Below are positions 1 through 7,352 of a stretch of DNA of 12,340 bases, piece by piece. Source of the DNA: Bdellovibrionota bacterium (GTDB taxonomy: Bacteria > Bdellovibrionota_C > UBA2361 > JBGSMV01); the NCBI GenBank assembly GCA_044356455.1, contig JBIKWF010000121.1, positions 1 to 12,340 on the forward strand, given 5' to 3'. Below the pieces are notes generated by a model that worked only from the letters and a program-made list of their open reading frames with translations, ran no database searches and was not told the DNA's origin. How positions within the stretch are numbered: position 1 is the stretch's first letter; each line of letters starts with the position of its first letter. The translations under genes were made by a program, and so were the position numbers.

Positions 1-23
1 CACGCCGGGACGGCGCGCCCTAC
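1..23 (-). repeat. GTAG-type REP-like hairpin (truncated by window edge), overlapping purN stop codon
   Basis: Minus strand reads GTAGGGCGCGCCGTCCCGGCGTG: GTAG followed by a GC-rich imperfect palindrome (CGCGCCG-TCC-CGGCGTG). It shares the GTAGGGCGC start with the copies at 10410-10502. Confidence 0.6.
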
Positions 24-667
24 CGCGGCAATAGGAACCCAAGCTGCGCGGCCTCGCGCCTCGCTGAGTCCTGTATTGAAACTTCTCGCCCATTAATTGC
101 AACAAGTCCCTTTGCAATATTCGAAATTACCCAAGGATAAATTCTATGCTCGAGCTCTAAGACCCGCGCCGCAAGCGCCTCGGCGGTCTCTCCGGGAATT
201 ATCTTCGTCGACGCCTGCGCTACAATAGGCCCGGTATCCACTCCCGAATCAACGAAATGAACCGTGCAGCCGTGTTCCGTGTCTCCGCTTTCAAGTGCAC
301 GGTCATGCGTATGGAGCCCTGGATGCTTAGGAAGAAGGGAAGGGTGGATGTTAAGAATCTTGCCGAAGTGTTTCTGAGCAAAACTCGCTTCTACTATCTG
401 CATAAAGCCAGCGAGCACAATCAGCTTTGGTGAAAAGCTTTCAACAGCTCGGTAGATCGCCTCCTTCTGCGCAAGTTTACTAGGAAATTCTTGCCGGCCA
501 ACCGCGCGCACCTCAATTCCGGCTTCACGAGCAACCGTAAGCCCAGGCGCCTCTGGCTTGTCGCTTACTACCCCCGCAATGCGGAAATGCGTCAGGTGGT
601 GAAGGAGTGCGGAAAAATTAGAACCGCGCCCCGAGAGCAACACAACTATGGGGAAATCAGGTATCAT
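20..667 (-). CDS. purN: Phosphoribosylglycinamide formyltransferase
   Basis: Motifs LSGRGSNF, LAGFMQI, NIHPSLLP, GCTVHFVDSGVDTGPI and EHRIYP; 215 aa. Confidence 0.97.
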   Translation of the reverse strand: MIPDFPIVVLLSGRGSNFSALLHHLTHFRIAGVVSDKPEAPGLTVAREAGIEVRAVGRQEFPSKLAQKEAIYRAVESFSPKLIVLAGFMQIVEASFAQKHFGKILNIHPSLLPKHPGLHTHDRALESGDTEHGCTVHFVDSGVDTGPIVAQASTKIIPGETAEALAARVLELEHRIYPWVISNIAKGLVAINGREVSIQDSARREAAQLGFLLPR

Positions 668-719
668 GCGCTATACTTACTACTAGGCGCTTCGGACTTA
701 CCAGAGAAAGGATTTACCT

Positions 720-1184
720 ATGCGTTTCCCCTCCTACGTGCGGTCAAGCCTTCAGCTATTTTTGGCGGCGCCGGTAGCGGCGCTCGGCCTCGTGCTTGCA
801 CTAACCGGCACTGAAGCGGGGTGCTCTGGTAAGGGCTGCTCATTCGCTTGGGCAGACGAAGGTCCAGACACCCAGACCGAATCGGCGGCTCGAGCATCCG
901 CTCCTAACCCAGAGGCTAACCTGGCACCAGGATCCGACGCGAGCTTCGACAAGCGGCTTCCGCCTGTGCTTCCAGGGGAGTCAGTGCCTAACAGCGGCAA
1001 GCGCATGAAGATTTGGTCAACGGGCGGCGAGCTTGCGTCTCAAAAACCACCGCGCCCCGAAAGCACGTGCCGAGTGCTAAAGGATACTAAGACAGGAAAG
1101 GTTTCTGAGCTTTGCGACAGGGATGAACTTCCGAGTGGGTTAGGTATCGTAGTAGATGGAAGGTCCTCAGCGGAACAAAGGTAG
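720..1184 (+). CDS. Hypothetical exported protein
   Basis: ATG preceded by SD-like AAAGGA; hydrophobic N-terminus with a possible cleavage site (TEA or AWA-DE); divergent from purN and fills the gap. Confidence 0.7.
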   Translation: MRFPSYVRSSLQLFLAAPVAALGLVLALTGTEAGCSGKGCSFAWADEGPDTQTESAARASAPNPEANLAPGSDASFDKRLPPVLPGESVPNSGKRMKIWSTGGELASQKPPRPESTCRVLKDTKTGKVSELCDRDELPSGLGIVVDGRSSAEQR

Positions 1185-1200
1185 CTGGTCCTGCTTTCTA

Positions 1201-1320
1201 AGGAACCTGAAAAACCTCCATTCCTAATAAACCTCTGCGTCCTCTGTGGTGAAATTTTCATAAAGAAATTCACCACAGAGGACGCAGAGTTACACAGAGG
1301 TGAGTTTCTCAGAGGCTCCC
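1201..1320. mobile_element. Composite TIR/hairpin MITE-like element, copy A
   Basis: Ends AGGAACC--TGAAAAA and TTTCTCAGAGGCTCCC; perfect 21-bp internal inverted repeat 1233-1253/1269-1289; lies between convergent genes. Confidence 0.75.
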
Positions 1321-1347
1321 AAATTTACCCGAGAAGCTAAGAGTATC

Positions 1348-1764
1348 TTACTTCCCCCTCTGGCAACGTCCCGCCACACAGGCAACTGTTGGGAGCTCAG
1401 AAGGGCATGGGCTAGCAGGAGCACTCGCAGCGTCATCTTCTCCACAAGACGAGTGCACATCACGCACGAGGGCCTGATACGAAGCCACTTTGCTCTCTGC
1501 GAGTAGGGGTGCTTTCCCAATGACAAGGGGAATCTGGCAAGCAGCCTCCCCACATTCAATATAAGCAGCCTCGCAGTCAGAATCTTTCTCACAAGAATTT
1601 TGCACAACCGAATCAACAAAAGCACGGCAGCTTCCCTGCGCCTGCTTGCACAGGAACGAGCTCTTGGGCGGTGATTCAGAGCAGGAGGCGAGCAGCAGTA
1701 AAAAAACAGCCAGAATGCAAGGCGCGCGTCTCGCCAAAGCCCAAGATTTTAGGAGAGTGCTCAT
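1348..1764 (-). CDS. Cysteine-rich putative lipoprotein
   Basis: Lipobox LLLLAS-C after a hydrophobic stretch; 10 further Cys including CEKDSDC and a C-terminal CVAGRC; GAGGA about 10 nt upstream of the ATG. Confidence 0.75.
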   Translation of the reverse strand: MSTLLKSWALARRAPCILAVFLLLLASCSESPPKSSFLCKQAQGSCRAFVDSVVQNSCEKDSDCEAAYIECGEAACQIPLVIGKAPLLAESKVASYQALVRDVHSSCGEDDAASAPASPCPSELPTVACVAGRCQRGK

Positions 1765-1769
1765 ATCTT

Positions 1770-1849
1770 CTCTGTCCTCTGTTCTTTAACAACTTAAATC
1801 AACCACAGCGGGCGCAGAGTTCACAGAGCAAACTTTTTCGAAGCTTACT
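1770..1849. mobile_element. Decayed composite element, copy B (right half)
   Basis: AACAACTTAAATCAACCACAGCGGGCGCAGAGTTCACAGAG...TTTTTCGAAGCTTACT|TA aligns with copies C (reverse complement) and E; its end coincides with the cutA stop codon. Confidence 0.7.
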
Positions 1850-2169
1850 TATGGCTTCACAGACTGCCTAACCCACTCGGCATAAGCGGCGGAAACTTGG
1901 CAGGCTTCCAGCACCACAAACTCAGGGAGCTTATACGGGTGCAGCTCCTTAAGGCGCGCCTCAAGGGCTGATACTTTCTCAGCCGCTGTCTTAATCAACA
2001 ATAAAACTTCGGGGTCGGTATTGAGAGCCCCTTCCCAGGAATAGACAGAGCTTAGGCCTGGAACAATGTTAACGCAGGCAGCAAGGCGCACTTCAACGAG
2101 CGTCTTAGCAATCTGGGCCGCTATTTCTTGAGAGGGAAAGGTAGAAAGCACTATGCGGATTTCATTCAT
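1849..2169 (-). CDS. cutA: Divalent-cation tolerance protein CutA
   Basis: LVEVRLAACVNIVPG, SVYSWEG, EVLLLIKT, LHPYKLPE, YAEWV; 106 aa; AGGA SD 6 nt upstream. Confidence 0.95.
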   Translation of the reverse strand: MNEIRIVLSTFPSQEIAAQIAKTLVEVRLAACVNIVPGLSSVYSWEGALNTDPEVLLLIKTAAEKVSALEARLKELHPYKLPEFVVLEACQVSAAYAEWVRQSVKP

Positions 2170-2188
2170 ACATATCCTAAATTGCCAT

Positions 2189-2217
2189 TTGCCCGCTGAT
2201 ATTAAAAGTCTTAGGAT
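2189..2217 (+). promoter_or_regulatory. Putative sigma70 promoter for the gene at 2247
   Basis: TTGCCC-17 nt-TAGGAT, upstream of the AAGGAG SD at 2233-2238. Confidence 0.45.
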
Positions 2218-2246
2218 TTAGCCTGAGTTAGCAAGGAGCTTTCCCC

Positions 2247-2876
2247 ATGGCTAGATATACTCACTTCTTTAGCAGCACCGTCTGTAAAAGCGCCGCTCGC
2301 ATAGCCCTTGCGGGCTCGCTGTTTCTTATGTTCCAAGCAAGCGCCTCGTTTGCTCAAGTTTCAACGCCAGTTCCTGTGGCAACAGCTGCGAGTAAAATTA
2401 GGGAAGTGCCTCCGACACCCGCACCTCCCACGCCGACCCCGTTCCCACAAAAGGGCGTGCTCTCGCGAGCCGCAACCAAGAACTACAACACTAAAATTGT
2501 TGATGGCCCTTGGGCTGGAGGAGGGGATTCTCAGGGCGCAGCTCCAATTGCAGGCTCGGTTTCAAGAAAGTCCGACCGTGAATGGGTGGCGAAGCTCTAC
2601 AACAACTCAGAGGACGCCTACAGCGTTTCGGTAGAAGTCATTCAGATGAACAAGAATGGAAAGCGCGAAAAATCAGATAGCTTTGCCACTCGCCTTTCGT
2701 CCAAGGGCAGCTACGAGCGTGTACTCAGAGCTACCGAGAGAACCGTTGACTGCCAGCTAAACCTGGTAAGCTGGAAAAATCTCACCGCAAAGAAGGCGCT
2801 ACAGGAAGATAGGGACGCATCCCTCGAAGAGGGAGCAGGCGGGGGAACGCAGCAACCTCCAGCGATAAGCCGCTGA
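2247..2876 (+). CDS. Secreted hypothetical protein with Pro/Thr linker and a small beta-rich domain (possibly FxLYD/YcfL-like)
   Basis: Strong AAGGAG SD; signal peptide ending ASASFA; PPTPAPPTPTPFP linker; alternating beta pattern AKLYNNSEDAYSVSVEVIQMNKNG. The domain assignment is tentative. Confidence 0.75.
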   Translation: MARYTHFFSSTVCKSAARIALAGSLFLMFQASASFAQVSTPVPVATAASKIREVPPTPAPPTPTPFPQKGVLSRAATKNYNTKIVDGPWAGGGDSQGAAPIAGSVSRKSDREWVAKLYNNSEDAYSVSVEVIQMNKNGKREKSDSFATRLSSKGSYERVLRATERTVDCQLNLVSWKNLTAKKALQEDRDASLEEGAGGGTQQPPAISR

Positions 2877-3160
2877 AACTAATGGCTTTTCACTATCGCA
2901 TCCTGTCATGTGGTAGCGCCGAAGCTTCTGGGTAAGGCGGAGCTGCTCGATTTTATAAGTGCCTGGCACCTGGGAACACGGCGGTGGGCGCTCCGCGTGC
3001 CTAATCCGCGCTTTAATGGTACGCTTTCCCACGTAACTACCTCTCGTTACATCTTTTTTGTTCTGTCAACCTCTTCGTCCAGCCGCGCCAGGCGTGGCGT
3101 TGGTGAGGTTTGTTCAGAATAACGCTGACTTTTGTTTTTTTTTTTGAGACTTCGCTCCGG

Positions 3161-5047
3161 ATGGGAACTCGCCGCCAAACAGAACCAGAAGCCGATCAGA
3201 GGCGCCTGCGCGAGCTGGAAACTCATCTCGTTTCCCCATCACGCCATGGAGGAGACCTTCGCATACACTTGGTGTACCCGAATAGTTACTGGGTGGCGAT
3301 GTCGAACCTTGGGTTTCAAGCGGTCTACCGTTTATTTGCAGAGCAGCCGGGAGTCGTCATTGAACGTGCCTTTCTCCCCGATAGACCTTACGACCAGCAA
3401 ACGTTCTCAAGCTCCTGGCGCACTTTTGAATCGTCTCGACTGATAGGTGATTGCGATATCCTCGCCTTCAGCCTTTCCTTTGAGACTGACTATCCACACC
3501 TTTTCCGCATTCTTAGAAATCAAGGACTCCTTTCACTCTCCCCAGAGGAACGCGCAGCGAAGGCGGACGGCTCTAAATTCTCCACGCCCCTTATTATTGC
3601 GGGCGGGACTTCCGTGACGCTTAATCCCGAACCCGTGGCTGACGTTCTTGACCTCGCCATGCTGGGCGAAGCAGAGGAGTGGATTCCTGAATTTACTGGC
3701 TCAATTAGGCGGTCAAGAGAACTTGGGCTAAACCGCCAGCAGACGCTTGCGCGCCTTACTCAAATTGAAGGCGTCTACGTGCCTCGCTTTTACACCCCGC
3801 ATTACGAATCAGATGGCCGGATTGCGCGCTTTGAACATCAAGTCCTCCCGCTTGTTGACGATGCAGGCAACGAGACGCAAACGAGCGCGCCAAAGGCGCA
3901 AAGAAGATTTGTTAAGGATCTTTCTAAATTTCCTACCTACACAAGCATTCTCACGCCAGAGACAGAATTCCGATCCATGTTTCTCACGGAGACAGGCCGA
4001 GGTTGTGAGATGGGATGCCGCTTCTGCGTTGCTGGCTACATCTACCGCCCGGTGCGTAAGCGCAGCGAAGAATCGATCTCTGGCTCCATTAAGCTCGGCC
4101 TCGAGAAAAGCAATGCCGTAGGATTTGTTGGGGCCTCAGTATCCTCGCATAAAGCAATTGCCAAACTTGCGAGCAGCGTCGCCAAGACAGGAGCGCGCGC
4201 ATCGCTTAGCTCACTCATGTCTCAGAAGATTACCAAGGAACTCGCCGCAAGCCTTTCAGAAAGCGAATACAAGACTGTGGCTCTTGCCCCCGAAGCAGGA
4301 AGCGAAAGGTTAAGGCGCGCAGCGGGGAAACGGGTAACCAATGCCCAAGTCGTCGAGGCAGCCACGGAACTCGCCGAGGCCGGAATCAAAGGCTTTAAGC
4401 TCTATTTTATCGTAGGGCTCCCCACTGAGACGGATGAAGATATCGAAGCGATTGTAAACCTGGCTTCTCAAATTCGTGAAGCAGTGGTGAATGCCTCGAA
4501 GGAAAGCGGGAAGGCTGCCTGGGTGGTACTTTCGGTAAATCCTTTCATCCCCAAGGCGAACACGCCCTTTCAGTGGGAACCGATGCTTGACCAAAAGGTT
4601 CTAAGCAGAAAGATAGATCTCATTCGTGCCGCGATTAAGCGCATACCCAATATTGAGCTGCATTTCGAACCACCCAAGGAAAGCTACTTTCAGGCTCTCT
4701 TATCTCGAGGGGACCGGCGCGTGGCGCAGCTTTTGTTTGCGGCTGAAAACGCGGGTAAGGATTGGAAGTGGCTCCTCTCGAACGGCTCAGAGCGCCTGGC
4801 GCCTGGGGTACCAGAAATTGATTTCTACGCGACGCGGCGCTTTTCTTTTGATGAACCGCTGCCCTGGGAGATCGTCGATTCTAGAATCGATAGGCGCCTG
4901 CTTTTACGGGAAGCCCAGAGGGCGCACCATGGCGAGAGCTACCAGCTTCCTGAGGGGAATGAATGTGTGGAAGAAATTGAACGGCCTGTGGTTGAAGGTA
5001 CCTCTATGCTGCGGGAGAGTAGCGTTTTGAGCGAACAACTTGCATGA
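3161..5047 (+). CDS. Radical SAM protein, uncharacterised family (TIGR03960/YgiQ-like)
   Basis: CxxxCxxC motif (RGCEMGCRFC), YPNSYWVAMSNLG, APEAGSERLR, KLYFIVGLPTET, PFIPKANTPFQW, LPWEIVD. ATG 3161 is preferred over TTG 3110, which would translate a poly-T tract. Confidence 0.9.
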   Translation: MGTRRQTEPEADQRRLRELETHLVSPSRHGGDLRIHLVYPNSYWVAMSNLGFQAVYRLFAEQPGVVIERAFLPDRPYDQQTFSSSWRTFESSRLIGDCDILAFSLSFETDYPHLFRILRNQGLLSLSPEERAAKADGSKFSTPLIIAGGTSVTLNPEPVADVLDLAMLGEAEEWIPEFTGSIRRSRELGLNRQQTLARLTQIEGVYVPRFYTPHYESDGRIARFEHQVLPLVDDAGNETQTSAPKAQRRFVKDLSKFPTYTSILTPETEFRSMFLTETGRGCEMGCRFCVAGYIYRPVRKRSEESISGSIKLGLEKSNAVGFVGASVSSHKAIAKLASSVAKTGARASLSSLMSQKITKELAASLSESEYKTVALAPEAGSERLRRAAGKRVTNAQVVEAATELAEAGIKGFKLYFIVGLPTETDEDIEAIVNLASQIREAVVNASKESGKAAWVVLSVNPFIPKANTPFQWEPMLDQKVLSRKIDLIRAAIKRIPNIELHFEPPKESYFQALLSRGDRRVAQLLFAAENAGKDWKWLLSNGSERLAPGVPEIDFYATRRFSFDEPLPWEIVDSRIDRRLLLREAQRAHHGESYQLPEGNECVEEIERPVVEGTSMLRESSVLSEQLA

Positions 5048-5070
5048 GGGCTGATTACCTCGGTAAATTA

Positions 5071-5202
5071 GGGAAGCTCTGAAAAAGTCCACTCTGTGAG
5101 CTCTGTGCCCTCTGTGGTTGATTTAAATTGTTGAAAAACCACAGAGGACACAGAGATCACAGAGAAAAAAAAATAGAATATCGAGGTTTTTCAGAGATTC
5201 CT
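5071..5202. mobile_element. Composite TIR/hairpin MITE-like element, copy C (inverted relative to E)
   Basis: TA|GGGAAGCTCTGAAAAA ... TTTTTCAGAGATTCCT|TA; 28-bp internal inverted repeat 5092-5119/5137-5164 with 2 mismatches; TTAG at both junctions. Confidence 0.85.
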
Positions 5203-5247
5203 TAGGTAAAATCTTAAGAACCGAAAGAGGGTCAAATTTTCCCACCC

Positions 5248-5290
5248 CTTAGTGGTCTTTGTGGTTGTCTTTTCATTATTATGAAATTTA
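5248..5290. repeat. Possible relic hairpin arm of the same family
   Basis: 9-nt units CTTAGTGGT-CTTTGTGGT-TG followed by an AT-rich palindrome TTTCAT-TATT-ATGAAA. Confidence 0.3.
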
Positions 5291-5312
5291 ATTCAGTGAG
5301 CGCTGAGAGACT

Positions 5313-6095
5313 ATGATGAAGCATATTGTCCCCATCATCTCTGGGAAAGGCGGAGTGGGAAAATCCACCGTAGCGGCGAATCTCGCGGTTGCTCTCGCAC
5401 GCACCGGCGCTTCCGTTGCACTGATTGACAGCGATTTTTATGGCCCGAGCGTGCCGACCCTGTTTGGGGGCGGCGCTATCCAGACGGACCATGAGGAGAA
5501 AATTATTCCTCCGCTTAAGTTTGGGGTGAAGTACATTTCCCTCGGCTTTTTTCTAAGGAATCCCGACGACGCCATTATTTGGCGTGGCCCGATGTTCAAT
5601 AAGGCTCTCACCCAGATGTTCCAAGATGTGAACTGGGGTGACGTGGACTACTGCATCATTGATATGCCTCCAGGAACGGGAGACGCGCAGCTCTCCCTCT
5701 CTCAGCTCGTAAAGTGCCGGGGAGCAGTGGTGGTGACTACCCCGCAGGAAGTCGCTCTTGCCGACGTAAGGAAAGCCGTCAACATGCTCTCCAAGGTCAA
5801 CATTGATGTGCTTGGTATCATTGAGAACATGTCGGGATTTATTGCACCCGACGGCACACGGCATGACATTTTTGGCTCTGGGGGCGGAGCTTTGCTGGCA
5901 CAGAACCTAGGGGTACCGCTCCTCGCCACCCTCCCAATCCAGCCGGAAATTCGCGAGGGAGGGGATAAGGGCGTTCCTAGTGCCTCCAGGGACGACAGCC
6001 AAGCCGGCCGGGCCTTCCAAGAGATCGCATTGAAATTAATCAATATTCTTGATAGCAAGCTTGCAGCGCAGCCAGCACTACAGGTGGTGAATTAG
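5313..6095 (+). CDS. mrp: Mrp/NBP35 (ApbC) family P-loop ATPase, Fe-S cluster carrier
   Basis: SGKGGVGKST, DSDFYGPS, IIWRGPM, DMPPGTGD, VTTPQ, IENMS, IFGSGGG. Confidence 0.93.
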   Translation: MMKHIVPIISGKGGVGKSTVAANLAVALARTGASVALIDSDFYGPSVPTLFGGGAIQTDHEEKIIPPLKFGVKYISLGFFLRNPDDAIIWRGPMFNKALTQMFQDVNWGDVDYCIIDMPPGTGDAQLSLSQLVKCRGAVVVTTPQEVALADVRKAVNMLSKVNIDVLGIIENMSGFIAPDGTRHDIFGSGGGALLAQNLGVPLLATLPIQPEIREGGDKGVPSASRDDSQAGRAFQEIALKLINILDSKLAAQPALQVVN

Positions 6096-6240
6096 GGAGT
6101 CTCTTTAAAAGTCCTCCTTCGTGCTCTTCGCGTCCTTTGCGTCCTTCGCGTTAAATAAACCCGGCGCGTAATGTATTGCACAATAACGCGAAGGACGCCG
6201 GGGACACGAAGGGGAAAAACAAAGTTCCTCAGAGGTTCCC
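6095..6240. mobile_element. Composite TIR/hairpin MITE-like element, copy D (different internal cargo)
   Basis: TA|GGGAGTCTCTTTAAAA ... TTCCTCAGAGGTTCCC|TA; four 9-nt units (CTTCGTGCT, CTTCGCGTC, CTTTGCGTC, CTTCGCGTT at 6117-6152); perfect 15-bp inverted repeat 6139-6153/6184-6198; starts within the mrp TAG. Confidence 0.8.
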
Positions 6241-6281
6241 TAGCTCCTCTAAGGCAACAGTTCCATTAAGGTAATAGGCCC

Positions 6282-6794
6282 ATGTTCTACTTTATTGTTT
6301 CAGTCCATTTCTTTCTTTGTTTGCTCTTAGTTGGCCTCGTTCTTCTTCAGCAGGGGAAGGGCGCTGATATGGGTCCCGCATTTGGCTCCGGGGGCGCAAA
6401 TTCTTTGTTTGGTGCTGCAGGAGCTGCTCCCTTCATTGTAAAGCTCACCACAGGCGTCTGCATCCTCTTCATGGTGACCTCCATTTTCCTCATTAAAAAT
6501 TACGATAAATTCGCGGCTTCGCGGGTTGCTGTAGGCGACGCTCTGTCAGGGTCAGTGCTTGATGGGGCGGCACTTGGGGGTTCGGAAGCCTCAAAGCCAG
6601 CCGCTGAAACAACTTCAGAAACAGCAACGACTGAAGCTCCTTCAGCAGCAGCCCCCTCAGAAGCGGCCCCCGCCGCAGCGGCAGTTCCGCTTGCTAAAGA
6701 TGCCGCTCCTGCATCGGAACCAGTTGCGGCCCAAGGTTCCACTACTGGCTCTAAGGCCCCAAGCGCAGCGTCAGGAAGCGTGCCCACAAAGTAG
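6282..6794 (+). CDS. secG: Preprotein translocase subunit SecG with long Ala/Pro/Ser/Glu tail
   Basis: LVLLQQGKGADMGPAFGSGGANSLFGAAG, two TM segments, followed by tRNA-Leu(GAG) as in the conserved secG-leuU arrangement. Confidence 0.95.
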   Translation: MFYFIVSVHFFLCLLLVGLVLLQQGKGADMGPAFGSGGANSLFGAAGAAPFIVKLTTGVCILFMVTSIFLIKNYDKFAASRVAVGDALSGSVLDGAALGGSEASKPAAETTSETATTEAPSAAAPSEAAPAAAAVPLAKDAAPASEPVAAQGSTTGSKAPSAASGSVPTK

Positions 6795-6869
6795 GGCGAG
6801 TTAGCTAAACCCTGAACAATGCTGGACGATTATCCAAAGAAAAAGCATAGAGGAAAATGCCTCGCATGC

Positions 6870-6898
6870 TTGATTCTAAACTGCGGTGCGGGTAGAAA
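6870..6898 (+). promoter_or_regulatory. Putative sigma70 promoter of tRNA-Leu
   Basis: TTGATT-17 nt-TAGAAA followed by a C-rich discriminator-like stretch, 17 nt upstream of the tRNA. Confidence 0.4.
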
Positions 6899-6915
6899 TA
6901 CCCCTCGCATCATCT

Positions 6916-6998
6916 GCCCAGATGGTGGAATGGTAGACACGCCAGCTTGAGGGGCTGGTGGACGCAAGTCCGTGGAGGTTCAAGTCCTCTTCTGGGCA
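6916..6998 (+). tRNA. tRNA-Leu (anticodon GAG), CCA not encoded
   Basis: Acceptor GCCCAGA/TCTGGGC+A; D loop GGAATGGTAGAC; anticodon stem CCAGC-TTGAGGG-GCTGG; long variable arm GGAC-GCAA-GTCC; T arm GGAGGTTCAAGTCCTC. Confidence 0.97.
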
Positions 6999-7065
6999 TT
7001 CTTTTTGGTAAGGCACGTAACCTTCTTTTTTCTAGAAGAGACGTTGCTTCTCACTCTACAAATTA

Positions 7066-7129
7066 GCTCCTTGGTCCAAATACTCATTGGCCTAAGTGCT
7101 CCTTGGCCTAAATGCTCCTAGGGCTCAAT
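7066..7129 (+). repeat. Degenerate 16-bp tandem repeat, 4 copies
   Basis: GCTCCTTGGTCCAAAT / ACTCATTGGCCTAAGT / GCTCCTTGGCCTAAAT / GCTCCTAGGGCTCAAT. Confidence 0.85.
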
Positions 7130-7151
7130 TGCTCGGGAGGCACCAGACAAT

Positions 7152-7185
7152 CCCTCTACCCGTTCTGCCCCTCTACCCGTTCTGC
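7152..7185 (+). repeat. Perfect 17-bp tandem duplication
   Basis: CCCTCTACCCGTTCTGC occurs twice in tandem. Confidence 0.9.
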
Positions 7186-7199
7186 CGCGATTTTTGAGT

Positions 7200-7304
7200 C
7201 TTTGGCGACCTCGGCGATGAATTTCTTCTTGAAAATTCAACCAAGGGGGGACGCTAAAGTGTACAGAAGTGTATTCAGACTGAAGGTTTTCAGAGGTTTC
7301 ATTA
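7200..7304. mobile_element. Heavily decayed composite element, copy F
   Basis: Hairpin remnants CTTTGGCG/CGCTAAAG and TGAATTT/AAATTCA (loop region resembles copy A), plus a right-TIR-like AGGTTTTCAGAGGTTTCATTA. Confidence 0.45.
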
Positions 7305-7352
7305 GGCTCAAATCAAGGTATTCTCTTATCCCAGTATTCGAGGAGCATACCC

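Noticed and set aside
1040..1276. 78-aa minus-strand ORF (contains PQRTQR)
   Set aside because: It starts inside repeat copy A and runs antisense to ORF720; the peptide pattern is a by-product of the 9-nt repeat.
2920..3000. Cobalamin riboswitch upstream of the radical SAM gene
   Set aside because: GGGAA...GGTG and GGGTAAGGC-like words occur in the wrong order and there is no GCCACTG box.
3110..3160. Longer TTG start for the radical SAM gene
   Set aside because: The extension translates a poly-T tract (FVFFF) and has no supporting SD; ATG 3161 is more plausible.
6500..6794. Long SecG C-terminal tail as a novelty
   Set aside because: Low-complexity Ala/Pro tails are common in SecG proteins.
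7000..7352. T-box riboswitch upstream of valS
   Set aside because: Only a weak GGGAGGCACC resemblance near 7135; no recognisable stem I/specifier loop or terminator; the region is explained by repeats.
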